Below, piece by piece: positions 26,788-36,173 of a stretch of DNA of 57,673 nt; the stretch's first letter is position 1, and each line of letters begins with the position of its first letter. Both the position numbers and the translations under genes were made by a program. Source of the DNA: an uncultured Armatimonadia bacterium (GTDB taxonomy: Bacteria; Armatimonadota; Zipacnadia; Zipacnadales; UBA5352); NCBI GenBank assembly GCA_964484945.1, contig CAZAHB010000005.1, positions 1 through 57,673 on the forward strand. Reading direction: 5' to 3'. The notes beneath the pieces were generated by a model that was given only the letters and a program-made list of their open reading frames with translations, made no database searches and was not told where the DNA came from.

Positions 26788-28437
26788 TCAGAGGCCACCG
26801 AAGAGGCCCCAGACAGTGCCCAGAGCCCACAGTATGTTGCGCGTGCGGTTCCAGTCAAACCCGCGATCCTCGAAGGGGATGAAGATGATGTCGCCTTCCT
26901 GTAGCGGCATATCCTCCGGAGCCACGCCCTCGTCGGCCTGGCCCATGTTTCGGGTAAAGAACTCGGTCTCCCCCAGTTCGTTGGTGCGCAGCACAGTCAC
27001 CTTGTTCATCTCGCCCGCCGAGAAGTTGGCGTAGGAGGAGACGACATCGAGCAATGTCAGATCCGTGGTGAGCGGGATCGCGCCCTGTCGTGAGGCCGCC
27101 CCCATCAGGTAGACCGTGTTGATTTCGGGCACGACGACCACGTCATCGGGTGCAAGTGAGATATTCTCTTCGAGGTCACCATCCATCATGGCTTCAACGT
27201 TCACGGTGACGGCCTCGTCCTCGCGATAGACGTGAACCGTATCTAACTTGGCCATTTCAGTCGGCCCCGCCGCGGTCAGCAGTCGGAGCACGTCGCGCTG
27301 CTGGCGTTCACGAATGTCTATGACGCCCGGTCGTTCGACGGCCCCGAGCACGAGCACGGTCTCCGGCTGTGCCGGGGGTACCAGCAGCACGTCACCGGGG
27401 TTCATGGTGAGGTTATAGCTCATCTGCCCTTCCATGATGAGGGCCTGCAGATCGACGGGTATCGATCCCTCGGCCGTGATGACCTGTGAGCGACTGAGAT
27501 CGGCCTCGGGCGTGGCGCTGCCGACTCGAGCGAGCGCCTCGACTACGGTGACAGGCTCGGTGACCTGCAGCGACTGCGGCATCCGCACCTCACCCAGCAC
27601 AGATATCTTCCCGGCCTCCCGCACGACCACCACGTCGCCGGGTTGCAGGACCTTGTTCTGCGTCAGATCCCCCTCCTCCAGCAGGCGGTTGAGGTTGACT
27701 TGAATGACCTGTTCGCCGGGACGGATGATCATCGCCGAGCTACGGTCTGCCCCTTCGGCGAGCCCTCCCCCGATACTTGAGATGGCCTGAAGCAGCGTGA
27801 CCCGCCGACCGAGAGGCAACACGCTCTCCCCCGGCTGCTGCACTTCGCCAAGCACCGCAATGCGGTCCTCCAGACGCGGAACATAGATGGCGTCCCCGTA
27901 GCTGAGGGGGACGAACGCGTCAAGCTCCCTGCCGGTGCGCAGACCGCTGAGGTTGACTGTCATCGGCTGATCGCCGGTGCGGGTGAGGCGAACGTTGCGC
28001 AGATCCGCGACTTCCGTCGGACCGGCAGACGCAACCGCATCGGCGATGGTTGCGCCGTAGGGAAGCACCATCGGGCCGACCTGCTGTACCTGCCCGGTGA
28101 CGTAGACCTTCCGCTCGGACGCCAACTCATCGAGAGCCACCGTGACCATCGGGCGCTTGATCAGACGCTGCAGTTCGGTCCCAATGGAATCCTCGATCTC
28201 CGACAGCTTCATGCCGCCGACCTCCACGTTCCCGATGACCGGCATCGAGAGCGTACCAGTTGGGCCGACGCGGAACTTGCCGCTAAGCTGTTGTTCGCCG
28301 AAGACGGTAACTGAGAGGACGTCGCCGGTGGAGGCGGTGTACCCGGCCAGAGGTTGGGCGAGGGCCGGGAGGGCACCTGCGAGGAGTGCGAGGATAGCTG
28401 TTGCCGCAATGAAAGCTCGTATTCGCGTGATCATCAC
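26788..28437 (-). CDS. polysaccharide export protein (Wza/Poly_export plus multiple SLBB domains)
   Basis: Signal peptide; GDVLSVTVFGEQQLSGKFRVGPTGTLSMPVIG; repeated xVLGEV..PG..T+++AI.. units ending LxPGD+++VP. Confidence 0.9.
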   Translation of the reverse strand: MMITRIRAFIAATAILALLAGALPALAQPLAGYTASTGDVLSVTVFGEQQLSGKFRVGPTGTLSMPVIGNVEVGGMKLSEIEDSIGTELQRLIKRPMVTVALDELASERKVYVTGQVQQVGPMVLPYGATIADAVASAGPTEVADLRNVRLTRTGDQPMTVNLSGLRTGRELDAFVPLSYGDAIYVPRLEDRIAVLGEVQQPGESVLPLGRRVTLLQAISSIGGGLAEGADRSSAMIIRPGEQVIQVNLNRLLEEGDLTQNKVLQPGDVVVVREAGKISVLGEVRMPQSLQVTEPVTVVEALARVGSATPEADLSRSQVITAEGSIPVDLQALIMEGQMSYNLTMNPGDVLLVPPAQPETVLVLGAVERPGVIDIRERQQRDVLRLLTAAGPTEMAKLDTVHVYREDEAVTVNVEAMMDGDLEENISLAPDDVVVVPEINTVYLMGAASRQGAIPLTTDLTLLDVVSSYANFSAGEMNKVTVLRTNELGETEFFTRNMGQADEGVAPEDMPLQEGDIIFIPFEDRGFDWNRTRNILWALGTVWGLFGGL

Positions 28438-28444
28438 GCCACTG

Positions 28445-28473
28445 ATTGTACGCCTGCCCGCCCGCAGTGTCAA
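28445..28473 (-). promoter_or_regulatory. consensus sigma70 promoter, probably giving a leaderless mRNA
   Basis: TTGACA-17 nt-TACAAT, then 7 nt, then the GTG start at 28437; no SD sequence. Confidence 0.8.
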
Positions 28474-28494
28474 GAACAAGGCCTCTTGCCGCCC

Positions 28495-29181
28495 TCAGTT
28501 TCGTGAGAAAGGGGTCTCTTCGTCTCGCTCGGTCATACCAAGGGCCTCGAGTTTCCTCCGCGCGGCAGCCATCACGCGGTAGTGACGTATCTCCTGGCGG
28601 AGCATCGGGAGCACCTCGGTGAGCCGCTCCCCGGGGCTTTGCATCTCCAGGATCTCCTGTTGTTGTGACAGCTCCATCTGGAGGTTGGCAGCGATGGCCC
28701 AGGAGAGGGACGCCGGATCCTCCGGCACGTCCACATTGGTGTTCTCAGCCCCGATCGTCCGGCGCACGAGGCTCATCAACTCGCGCAACTCCGAGCGCGC
28801 AACATCGGCTCCAACCGCGCTCTGACCGTCATCCCGCGGTCGATCGTCAATCAACTCCACGTCGGCGCGCACCACAGGCATTGCGCTGAGGATCGCCCGA
28901 ATCCGGAACCGCGGTCCGCCTACTGCCAGCACCATTGAGGATCCGTCCGGCAGTTCCGCACACTCAGATATGCGCGCGATGGTGCCGACGTCATGCGGGA
29001 TTCCCGGACCGCCGACTTCCTTCCCCGCGCGCAGAAGCGCCACGCCGAAATAGCCCTCGTCGTCCGAGACTTCCTCAAGCATTCTCTGATAGCGCTCTTC
29101 GTGAATGTACAGAGTCGTCGGTGCTCCGGGGAAAAGCACCGAGTTCAGGGGCATGACAGGCAGGTCCTCGATAATTCCCAT
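28495..29181 (-). CDS. LON peptidase N-terminal substrate-binding domain protein
   Basis: LPVMPLNSVLFPG..LYIHEERYQRML, FGVALLR, VGTIARI, GGPRFRI, QQEILE; AGGAGG upstream of ATG 29181. Confidence 0.88.
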   Translation of the reverse strand: MGIIEDLPVMPLNSVLFPGAPTTLYIHEERYQRMLEEVSDDEGYFGVALLRAGKEVGGPGIPHDVGTIARISECAELPDGSSMVLAVGGPRFRIRAILSAMPVVRADVELIDDRPRDDGQSAVGADVARSELRELMSLVRRTIGAENTNVDVPEDPASLSWAIAANLQMELSQQQEILEMQSPGERLTEVLPMLRQEIRHYRVMAAARRKLEALGMTERDEETPFSRN

Positions 29182-29532
29182 CCCTTCCGCTGCACCTCCT
29201 GGTGTATGGTGTCTTAAACTTACGAGACAGCCGCGGGTTCTCCTGCACGATTTGCGCAGATTGTCTCGACCGATGATGGTGCCGGCAGAAGAGATCGGCC
29301 AGTTTCGCCCCGACTCGCCTTGATCGCCCCCTCTATTCTCGCGTGCTTCGCAGGCCGACCGGCGAGGACGAACCGCCGCGGGACACACTGACACAGTAGC
29401 CACCTCATCGCATTGTGCCTTATGCCAGAACTTCTTCTCTCCCGGACAGGAGATTCACCCCCACATGTGGAATTGAATCAGCGTACTACGGGCTGTAGTT
29501 GACCGATGCCGGATCAGCAGGAGCCGACTGCC

Positions 29533-30732
29533 ATGAGTAAGCACCCATCCGATGAGGCGCTCGAACGCGCGAATGATCACATCTTCTCCATGGGCCTTGG
29601 CGATGTCGCGGCGCAGATGAGCCGCCTGAACATGCGCTATGGGCTGGCGAAGATGCACTATGTGCTGCACGAACTGGGCCACGAGCCGGACGCGACATTC
29701 ATCGGCACTCCCGACCTTACCGTCACCCGCAACGAGCAGCGCTGGAACGCGGGCGTGGGCTACGGCGGAAAGATCACCTGGGGCCCGGGCGACCGCGATG
29801 TGGTCTTCCTCGACGTCAAGCCCAACTGCTGCGGTATGCTCGTGGGCGGGCTTGCCGACCCGCCGGAGCTTGCGGAAGTAGGGGCGCGGCTGGACGCGAT
29901 GCTCGATGACAGGGCCGAACTCGACGGGGTCCCGATCAACTGGGACATCGGCACCGGTAACCATTTCGTGGATGTGTTGCGCGTCGAGCCGGTTGACGCG
30001 GAGGCCGATCTCCCCCCGTGGTGCTTCGTGCTGCATTTTTCGGGTGGCGAATTGCGGGGCGATAACCCGCTCGGGATGGGGCTTTACTGGCATAGCAGCG
30101 CGGAGCTTCAGAGGCGGATGGAGGTTTTCGAGACGCCGTGGGGGCCGTGTCGAACGCTGCTGGGTGACGATGCGCGCGAGTACCGGGATTTCTTCCAGCG
30201 CGCCGACGAGTTCATCCTGAAGCGCCGCCTGATGGCCGCGGAGCGGCTCTTCGAGGACTTCTCTGTCATCGCGAACCTCCACCACCAGGGCCTCACCGGG
30301 CTCAACTCGGTGGTGCTGGGCTGCCAGGACACTTCAGGCGGGGGCATCATGCCGGTGATGCTGCGCGAGGACACGCCCGGTTACCTGTTCCACGCGCTGC
30401 CGAATCTCACTGACGCGACCATCAATGTGCTCGGCTGGCGCGAGCGGGCGGAGGAGCATGGGGTGCTGGAGCATCTGCGGGGCGCGAACGTGATTCCCCA
30501 TGGTGCGGGCTACATGCTGCCGGGCGTCTCGCGAGTGCTGGACGTGCATACGTACAACGGGCGCCGCTACTACGAGGTGGAAACACACGATCACGGTGTG
30601 CGGATCATGCTCGGCACCCCGCGCGATCTTACCTATGCCTACCGCGGCCGCCGGGTGATCCTTTCGAGCGTGGAGTATTCCCTCGGCGAGATAGCGGCGC
30701 GGCTGATGCCGGTGTATGTGCTGAAGGCATAG
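29533..30732 (+). CDS. divergent RtcB-family (GTP/Mn-dependent RNA ligase-like) protein
   Basis: RtcB motifs in order: TPD, NCCGM, GTGNHFVD, LHFSG, NLHHQ, PHGAG, C-terminal RLMPVYVLKA*; GGAG RBS before ATG 29533. Confidence 0.7.
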   Translation: MSKHPSDEALERANDHIFSMGLGDVAAQMSRLNMRYGLAKMHYVLHELGHEPDATFIGTPDLTVTRNEQRWNAGVGYGGKITWGPGDRDVVFLDVKPNCCGMLVGGLADPPELAEVGARLDAMLDDRAELDGVPINWDIGTGNHFVDVLRVEPVDAEADLPPWCFVLHFSGGELRGDNPLGMGLYWHSSAELQRRMEVFETPWGPCRTLLGDDAREYRDFFQRADEFILKRRLMAAERLFEDFSVIANLHHQGLTGLNSVVLGCQDTSGGGIMPVMLREDTPGYLFHALPNLTDATINVLGWRERAEEHGVLEHLRGANVIPHGAGYMLPGVSRVLDVHTYNGRRYYEVETHDHGVRIMLGTPRDLTYAYRGRRVILSSVEYSLGEIAARLMPVYVLKA

Positions 30733-30733
30733 G

Positions 30734-30757
30734 CCCACACTCAATCATTGATGTGGG
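30734..30757 (+). terminator. hairpin immediately after the RtcB-like gene
   Basis: CCCACA-c-TCAATcATTGA-TGTGGG inverted repeat; no clear U tract. Confidence 0.4.
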
Positions 30758-30936
30758 GCACGCTTCCAGCCTGCCATCGTTCAGGAGGGGCGGGGCTCCC
30801 GTCCGCTGCCGTGTAGCGGGCGTGAGGGTGAGACGGCGTCAGCCGGATCAGCTTCCCTGCCCGCCCGTCGTTGTCGTTCCGGCGATCTGCAACAACATCC
30901 GCGCCCACACCATCCCCCCTCTCGCTCCACTTCCAG

Positions 30937-30986
30937 TGCTGCCGTTTGCTGCCGTGCGCTGTCCTTTGCTGACGTCTGCTGGCGTG
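30937..30986. repeat. five degenerate 10-bp tandem repeats (TGCTGNCGTN)
   Basis: tgctgccgtt tgctgccgtg cgctgtcctt tgctgacgtc tgctggcgtg, starting 4 nt downstream of the 30990 stop. Confidence 0.75.
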
Positions 30987-30989
30987 ACC

Positions 30990-31631
30990 TCACCGGAACA
31001 CCCTGTACTTCGCCGGGTTGAGCCCCGCCTCGCGCATCAGGTGGGCCGCCTGCCGGCGCCAGTTCTCGGCGATCTCGGCCCGTTCCTCCTCAGTCTCGGC
31101 TTCCGCATCGGCCCGGATCAGCCCCTCGATCTGCTCCCACTCCGGGTTATTCGCGATCGCCCACACCGCGATCTGCGATACCGGATGGGGCGGGTGCATC
31201 CTTCCCACCTGCTCGGAAAGCGCCGCCATGCGTGGCTCCGGACAGCAGACCGGGTTCATCCGATCGTATCGTGTCGGCGCGGGAAGACCGTGATTCGTGC
31301 AGGCGGTCGGGATCGTCACGTACTCCACGTGGCTGCGCGAGAGGTCGATCGGCACCCAGCCGAGAGTCGTCATGCCCTGCCGGTCCTCGCGCTGTGCCCA
31401 GAACTGTGTCCCCGGCGCCACGAATATTTTCTGCGGGCCGAAGGGTGTCCGCCGGATGCGACCCTTGACCGACCTGTCGCCATTTCCGTAGAACGTCGCA
31501 TCGATCTTGCCGCTCCCGAGCGCATCGAGCAGGTCCACCGGCTCCGGCTCGATCTCGGCCTCTGCCGGGAGCGCCACGAGTATCCCCAGCGCACCGATCG
31601 CCATCAATGTAAGTACCAGTCGCCTCTTCAT
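30990..31631 (-). CDS. secreted hypothetical protein (ACTN..P / QIAVW motifs)
   Basis: GGAGGT RBS, signal peptide MKRRLVLTLMAIGALGILVALPAEA, GC-typical codon pattern. Confidence 0.8.
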   Translation of the reverse strand: MKRRLVLTLMAIGALGILVALPAEAEIEPEPVDLLDALGSGKIDATFYGNGDRSVKGRIRRTPFGPQKIFVAPGTQFWAQREDRQGMTTLGWVPIDLSRSHVEYVTIPTACTNHGLPAPTRYDRMNPVCCPEPRMAALSEQVGRMHPPHPVSQIAVWAIANNPEWEQIEGLIRADAEAETEEERAEIAENWRRQAAHLMREAGLNPAKYRVFR

Positions 31632-31810
31632 CGTGCCCACCTCCGCGCATCGATGCGTCATCAACTGGTACATTTGACGCCCGAGCCCCCCGGACAGTTT
31701 CATGGCCATATCCGAAAAGAGCCCGTGACGTGCAAAGGAACGCTCCACGCATTCGGCGAAGAGGCCCTCGGATGTCTGCCAGACCGGGTGAGACGCTACG
31801 GAGGCTTACC

Positions 31811-33025
31811 ATGACACATGAAGTGCTGCGCTCAGTAATCATCATGGCACTCATCATCAACGCACCGGCTATTGCATACACCGCCGACCTCACCGAGGAC
31901 GATGTCATCCTGAAGATCGAGTTCGAAAGCTGGGGCGAGGCGCGCGGGCTGCAGCCGATCGGGCGCGAAAATGCCTCGGGTGACGTCGCGATGGCAATGG
32001 CCTCCGATGCCTGCGCCGCGGGTGGACTGAAGCTCGCGGCAGGCGAGTACACGCTGCTGTTCTCGGACTACGCACCTGCCGGCGACCAGGATGCCTTCTT
32101 CGTGGAGATCGACGGTGAGCGCACGCGACTGAAGGGTCACATCGGCTCCTGGGGTACGATCGTGCATCCGTTCCATGTAGAAGAGGACGGCACGGTCACA
32201 ATCCTGATCCTGGGCCAGGAGGCGGGCATGACGCTGGACCGGATGGCAGTGGTGCGCGGCTCACACGATGCGGGAGACATCTCCTTTGCAGACGTGCCCG
32301 GCGAGACGACCGGCGAGAGCGTCGGCCTCGACGAGGTTGAGCGCCTCAGCACATCCTGCCGACTTGCCGAGGTCCCGTCCGATCCCGCGACCCCGGATGA
32401 GCGCACCGTCTATCGCGAAGACTTTGAGACGGAGTGCGGCGGGGTGTCGGGCGAGCATCGATGGATGGACGGTCCCTTCGGACAGGCACTTGTACTCGAC
32501 ATGCCCGACGGACAATTCACGATCGACGCGAGCGACCTGTCCATCGGAGAGCAGGGGACCGTCGAGTGGTGGGCCAGGCCCCGCGAGGCCGCACACGTCT
32601 GGTGGGACCAGGGCTGGCATTACTTCATTCACGCCGAACCCGCTCAGCCGGGCGGCACCCAACTTGACGTGCAGCTTCTGCGCAGCTACCTGAGCCTGTA
32701 CGCCTCGCCCGATGGCACTCCCTACGGGATGACCGAGGGCCTGCACGAACGGGCACAGATGGGCACCGGGAATCTCAGCATCCATGACTGGCATCATATG
32801 CTCGTCTCGTGGGACTTCACCGGGGACCGGCAGTACCTGTGGGTGATGGTTGACGGCGTCGGCATGGAGAGCTTCTTCCCGCGCGCGTTTGAGCCCGGCG
32901 CATTCTCCCGGATCGAATTCGCCAACACGCCGTCCGACTGGGAGATCCCGTATCTGCCCATGGACGGGGCGATCGACGCAATCCGCATCAGGGACGTCTC
33001 GGTGGCAGGCAGGTTGGCGGAGTAG
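31811..33025 (+). CDS. secreted protein with C-terminal LamG/concanavalin-like jelly-roll domain
   Basis: Signal peptide; GPFGQAL, QGTVEWW, DWHHMLVSWD, DGAIDAIRI are LamG-like. Confidence 0.65.
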   Translation: MTHEVLRSVIIMALIINAPAIAYTADLTEDDVILKIEFESWGEARGLQPIGRENASGDVAMAMASDACAAGGLKLAAGEYTLLFSDYAPAGDQDAFFVEIDGERTRLKGHIGSWGTIVHPFHVEEDGTVTILILGQEAGMTLDRMAVVRGSHDAGDISFADVPGETTGESVGLDEVERLSTSCRLAEVPSDPATPDERTVYREDFETECGGVSGEHRWMDGPFGQALVLDMPDGQFTIDASDLSIGEQGTVEWWARPREAAHVWWDQGWHYFIHAEPAQPGGTQLDVQLLRSYLSLYASPDGTPYGMTEGLHERAQMGTGNLSIHDWHHMLVSWDFTGDRQYLWVMVDGVGMESFFPRAFEPGAFSRIEFANTPSDWEIPYLPMDGAIDAIRIRDVSVAGRLAE

Positions 33026-33072
33026 CGACGAGCGACTAGCGACGGGCGACGGGCGACGGCAAACGGCGGACG
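33024..33072. repeat. about seven degenerate 7-bp tandem repeats (RGCGACG)
   Basis: agcgacg agcgact agcgacg ggcgacg ggcgacg gcaaacg gcggacg between the stop at 33025 and the next RBS. Confidence 0.75.
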
Positions 33073-33088
33073 ACGTGGAGGCCGATCC

Positions 33089-34498
33089 ATGCGAAAACCC
33101 ATCCTGGCAATTATCCTGACACTGCTGGCCTCGCCATGCCTCGCGCTGGATGAGGCGCTGGTCGATCAGGCAACCGAGGCCATGCGAACCGCGACCACGT
33201 ATCTCGTGGAGGAGGTCGCGGTCGGCGGCGGATACGGCGGCTCCTACCTCGCGGACCTCTCCGACCAGTGGGGCGAGGGCCATATCACGAAGACAATGAA
33301 CTGGGTGCAGCCGCCCGGCTCGCCGAGCACCGGTGAGGCATTCCTGCGCGAGTGGGAGGCGACTGGTGACCGGCTGTTCCTCGATGCCGCGAAGGCCAAC
33401 GCGGAATCGCTGGTCTGGGGACAGCTTGAGTGCGGCGGTTGGACCTACACCATTGACTTTTCGCGCAGGGGCGAGGAGCGCTACTTCTATCGCCACAACG
33501 TTGGCAGCGACGACGAGGCGCTGACATCGGGCCGCAACCGGGCGACGATGGACGATAATGTAACGCAGGCCGCCACGCGACTGCTGATCGGCGTCGATCA
33601 GGCGCTGGAGGCGGTCGGGGAACCCCACGCGGAGATTCACGATGCCGCCATGGCCGCGCTGGACTTTTTGATCGAGGCGCAGGCAGACGGTGGAGGCTGG
33701 CCGCAGTGGTATCCGCTCGATGGGCGCAGCTATCATGACTTCATGACCTTCAACGACAACACGATCCGCGACTGCTGCCGGACCATGATGCACGCGTGGC
33801 GAGCATACGGCGAGCAGCGCTTCTATGACTCGGTGGTCGCCTGCGGCGACTTCATTATCAAGGCCCAGCTTCCGGAGCCTCAGGCGGCATGGGCCCAGCA
33901 GTATGATGCGGATCTCAAGCCGGGGTGGGCGCGGCGGTTCGAACCAGCGTGTATCTGCACCGCGGAGAGTTACGGCGTTATGCGGCTGCTGATCGAGATC
34001 GCCGCATTCACAGGCGATGAGCGCTACCTCAAGCCACTGCCCCCCGCAATCGAGTGGTTCGAGAACAACCAGCTTCCGGACGGCCGGCGGGCGCGTTTCT
34101 ACGAGTTGAAAACCAACCGCCCCCTGTACTTCTACAAGGACACGTATCGGCTCACATACGATGACAGCAATCCCCCCACGCATTACGGGTTCAAAGGCAC
34201 CTACTACAACCCGGAGTTCGCCAAACGGCTGCAGAATATCCTCGAGGCTGGCTTCGACAACTGGGTGGACACCGCACAGAGCACGGATGAGCACACCCGC
34301 GAGGAACAGATCGCTCGAGCCAAGTCGCTGGAGGATGAAGTGCGCAAGATCCTCAACTCGCGCACGCCGAACGGCGTGTGGCTCAGCAAGGGCGGCTACG
34401 GCCCGGACGTACCGCACTTGAACATGCGCACCATGCAGCGAAATCTGCAGACGCTCGCGGCGTACGTGGGGAATGCGAAGGGCTTCCCCGGAAGGTGA
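33089..34498 (+). CDS. pectate lyase, PL10 (PelA-type alpha/alpha) family
   Basis: Signal peptide; TMDDNVT, GGWPQWYP, TFNDNT, WAQQYD, PGWARRFEP, WFE..ARFYEL. Confidence 0.85.
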   Translation: MRKPILAIILTLLASPCLALDEALVDQATEAMRTATTYLVEEVAVGGGYGGSYLADLSDQWGEGHITKTMNWVQPPGSPSTGEAFLREWEATGDRLFLDAAKANAESLVWGQLECGGWTYTIDFSRRGEERYFYRHNVGSDDEALTSGRNRATMDDNVTQAATRLLIGVDQALEAVGEPHAEIHDAAMAALDFLIEAQADGGGWPQWYPLDGRSYHDFMTFNDNTIRDCCRTMMHAWRAYGEQRFYDSVVACGDFIIKAQLPEPQAAWAQQYDADLKPGWARRFEPACICTAESYGVMRLLIEIAAFTGDERYLKPLPPAIEWFENNQLPDGRRARFYELKTNRPLYFYKDTYRLTYDDSNPPTHYGFKGTYYNPEFAKRLQNILEAGFDNWVDTAQSTDEHTREEQIARAKSLEDEVRKILNSRTPNGVWLSKGGYGPDVPHLNMRTMQRNLQTLAAYVGNAKGFPGR

Positions 34499-34547
34499 AC
34501 GGACACGGAGGCGTTGCCGTCTGGAGGGGCCGACGCGCAGGGAGATC

Positions 34548-35630
34548 ATGATGACCACCACACCCGATAACCACCGTATCCTCGTCCTCGACGGGCACGG
34601 AAAGGGACATGTCGTCGGGCGCGAGACGCCTCAGGCGCGCGAGGGCTATGTGCTCGTGCGCACGCGGGCGTCGATGTTCAGCCAGGGCACACAGCTGCGC
34701 TCCGCGTTCCTCTACCGCGAGGAGCCGAACGAGGGCATGGAGCCCAGACCCCTGGGCTACCAGTGTGCCGGCGACATTGTCGCACTCGGGCCCGGTGTGG
34801 ACAGTCGCGAGATCGGCCAGCGCGTCGCATGTATGTCCGGACGCGAGCGCTACGAGGGCGTCGGCGCGTACCACGCGGACTACGTCGCGGTGGGCGTGAA
34901 CCTCACCGAGCCGATCCCGGATGACGTGAGCTACGCGGAGGCGGCGTCAGCCCACCTCGGCGCGACAGCCATGCATGCGATCCGCCGGGGCGAGCTTCAG
35001 CTTAGCGAGAACGTGCTGGTCGTGGGGCTGGGCGTGATGGGGCAGTTCGTGACGCGCTTTGCGCGCATGTCGGGCGCGCGCGTGGTCGGATGGGATCCGC
35101 TTGGCATCCGACGCGAGGGCGCAGAGAGGGGAGGCGCGGGGCTGACCCTCGACCCGACCGCGGGCGATCCGGTCTCCCCCACCGGTGACTTCACGCTCGG
35201 ACGCGGGATGGACTGCGCGTTCATCGCCTTCGGCGGCGACTCGGATGAGACATTCCAGCAGGTCGTGGACAGCATGAAGGTCTCGCCCGACACCCACCAG
35301 ATGGGTCGGATCGTTATCGTCGGCGGCTTCAGCTTCCACCACCAGTGGGCGGCGGCGATGGGGAATCTTGACGTGCGTAGCGCAGCGCGCACCGGCCCGG
35401 GCTTTTTGGACCCGGCCTACGAGGAGGGGCGCGAGTATCCCCCGGTCTTCGTGCAATGGACGACAGAGCGGAATCTGCACGAGTGCCTGCGGCTGATGGA
35501 CGAGGGCCGACTTGATGTGGGCGCGTTCACCTCGCACACCTTCGCCATGTCCGACGCGCCGGAAGCGATCGACACGATCGTCGAGCATACCGACGAGACG
35601 ATCGGCGTGGTGCTCGACCACGATCGGTGA
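34548..35630 (+). CDS. MDR (zinc-binding alcohol dehydrogenase-like) oxidoreductase
   Basis: SQGT, PLGYQCAG, HADY, VLVVGLGVMG, RLIVVG-like, FTSHTF; GYQ in place of GHE suggests no catalytic Zn; GGGAG RBS. Confidence 0.85.
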   Translation: MMTTTPDNHRILVLDGHGKGHVVGRETPQAREGYVLVRTRASMFSQGTQLRSAFLYREEPNEGMEPRPLGYQCAGDIVALGPGVDSREIGQRVACMSGRERYEGVGAYHADYVAVGVNLTEPIPDDVSYAEAASAHLGATAMHAIRRGELQLSENVLVVGLGVMGQFVTRFARMSGARVVGWDPLGIRREGAERGGAGLTLDPTAGDPVSPTGDFTLGRGMDCAFIAFGGDSDETFQQVVDSMKVSPDTHQMGRIVIVGGFSFHHQWAAAMGNLDVRSAARTGPGFLDPAYEEGREYPPVFVQWTTERNLHECLRLMDEGRLDVGAFTSHTFAMSDAPEAIDTIVEHTDETIGVVLDHDR

Positions 35631-35684
35631 TTCGATCAAGGGCGTGGGAGCCAGGAGTGTCGCGCGGTCGAAGAAGCAGGCCGT

Positions 35685-36092
35685 TCAGCCGAAGTCCTCT
35701 TCTGAGACAGGGCGGCGTTCGCCGGTGCGCAGTTCGTGGATCTTGCGCAGTTCGGTGCGGGCGCGCTCGTAGGAGGAATCGATCGAGAGGGCACGGTGCA
35801 GGGCGCGCTCGCCCTCATAATACTCTCCGAGCTTGCGGAGGATCATGCCGAGATTGCACCAGTTGCGCGCACTGCCAGGCTTGAGGTCAACGGCTTTTCC
35901 AGCGGCAATATGCGCCTCGCGAAGGTTGTCGAGCTTGTAGCGCGCACCGGCCAGCACCGACCAGGCTGAGGCATCTTCCGGGTACTCCTGAAGCCAGGGC
36001 TCGAGCAGCTCGATGGCCAGCAATGGCTGGTTTCGGCGAACGTACTTCTTCGCCAGGTCGATGGGGCTTTCCGTCGGCTCTGATACGGGCAT
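35685..36092 (-). CDS. tetratricopeptide repeat protein
   Basis: AWSVLAGARYKL, KAVDLKPGSARNWCNLGMILRKLGEY, RALSIDSSY. Confidence 0.85.
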   Translation of the reverse strand: MPVSEPTESPIDLAKKYVRRNQPLLAIELLEPWLQEYPEDASAWSVLAGARYKLDNLREAHIAAGKAVDLKPGSARNWCNLGMILRKLGEYYEGERALHRALSIDSSYERARTELRKIHELRTGERRPVSEEDFG

Positions 36093-36173
36093 GTGGCCTC
36101 TCCCGGCTTCACTGCTGCGCCGGACGCCGGCGTCCGGCGCAGCGTTTTTGTGTATCATGCAAATTGCAGGCCG

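Noticed and set aside
29456-30760. CCCCACAT / ATGTGGGG inverted ends flanking the RtcB-like gene as a mobile element
   Set aside because: Only 8 bp, no transposase or target-site duplication; the downstream copy is explained by a local hairpin
30937-33072. CRISPR array
   Set aside because: Repeat units are 7-10 bp, contiguous and have no spacers; no cas genes in the window
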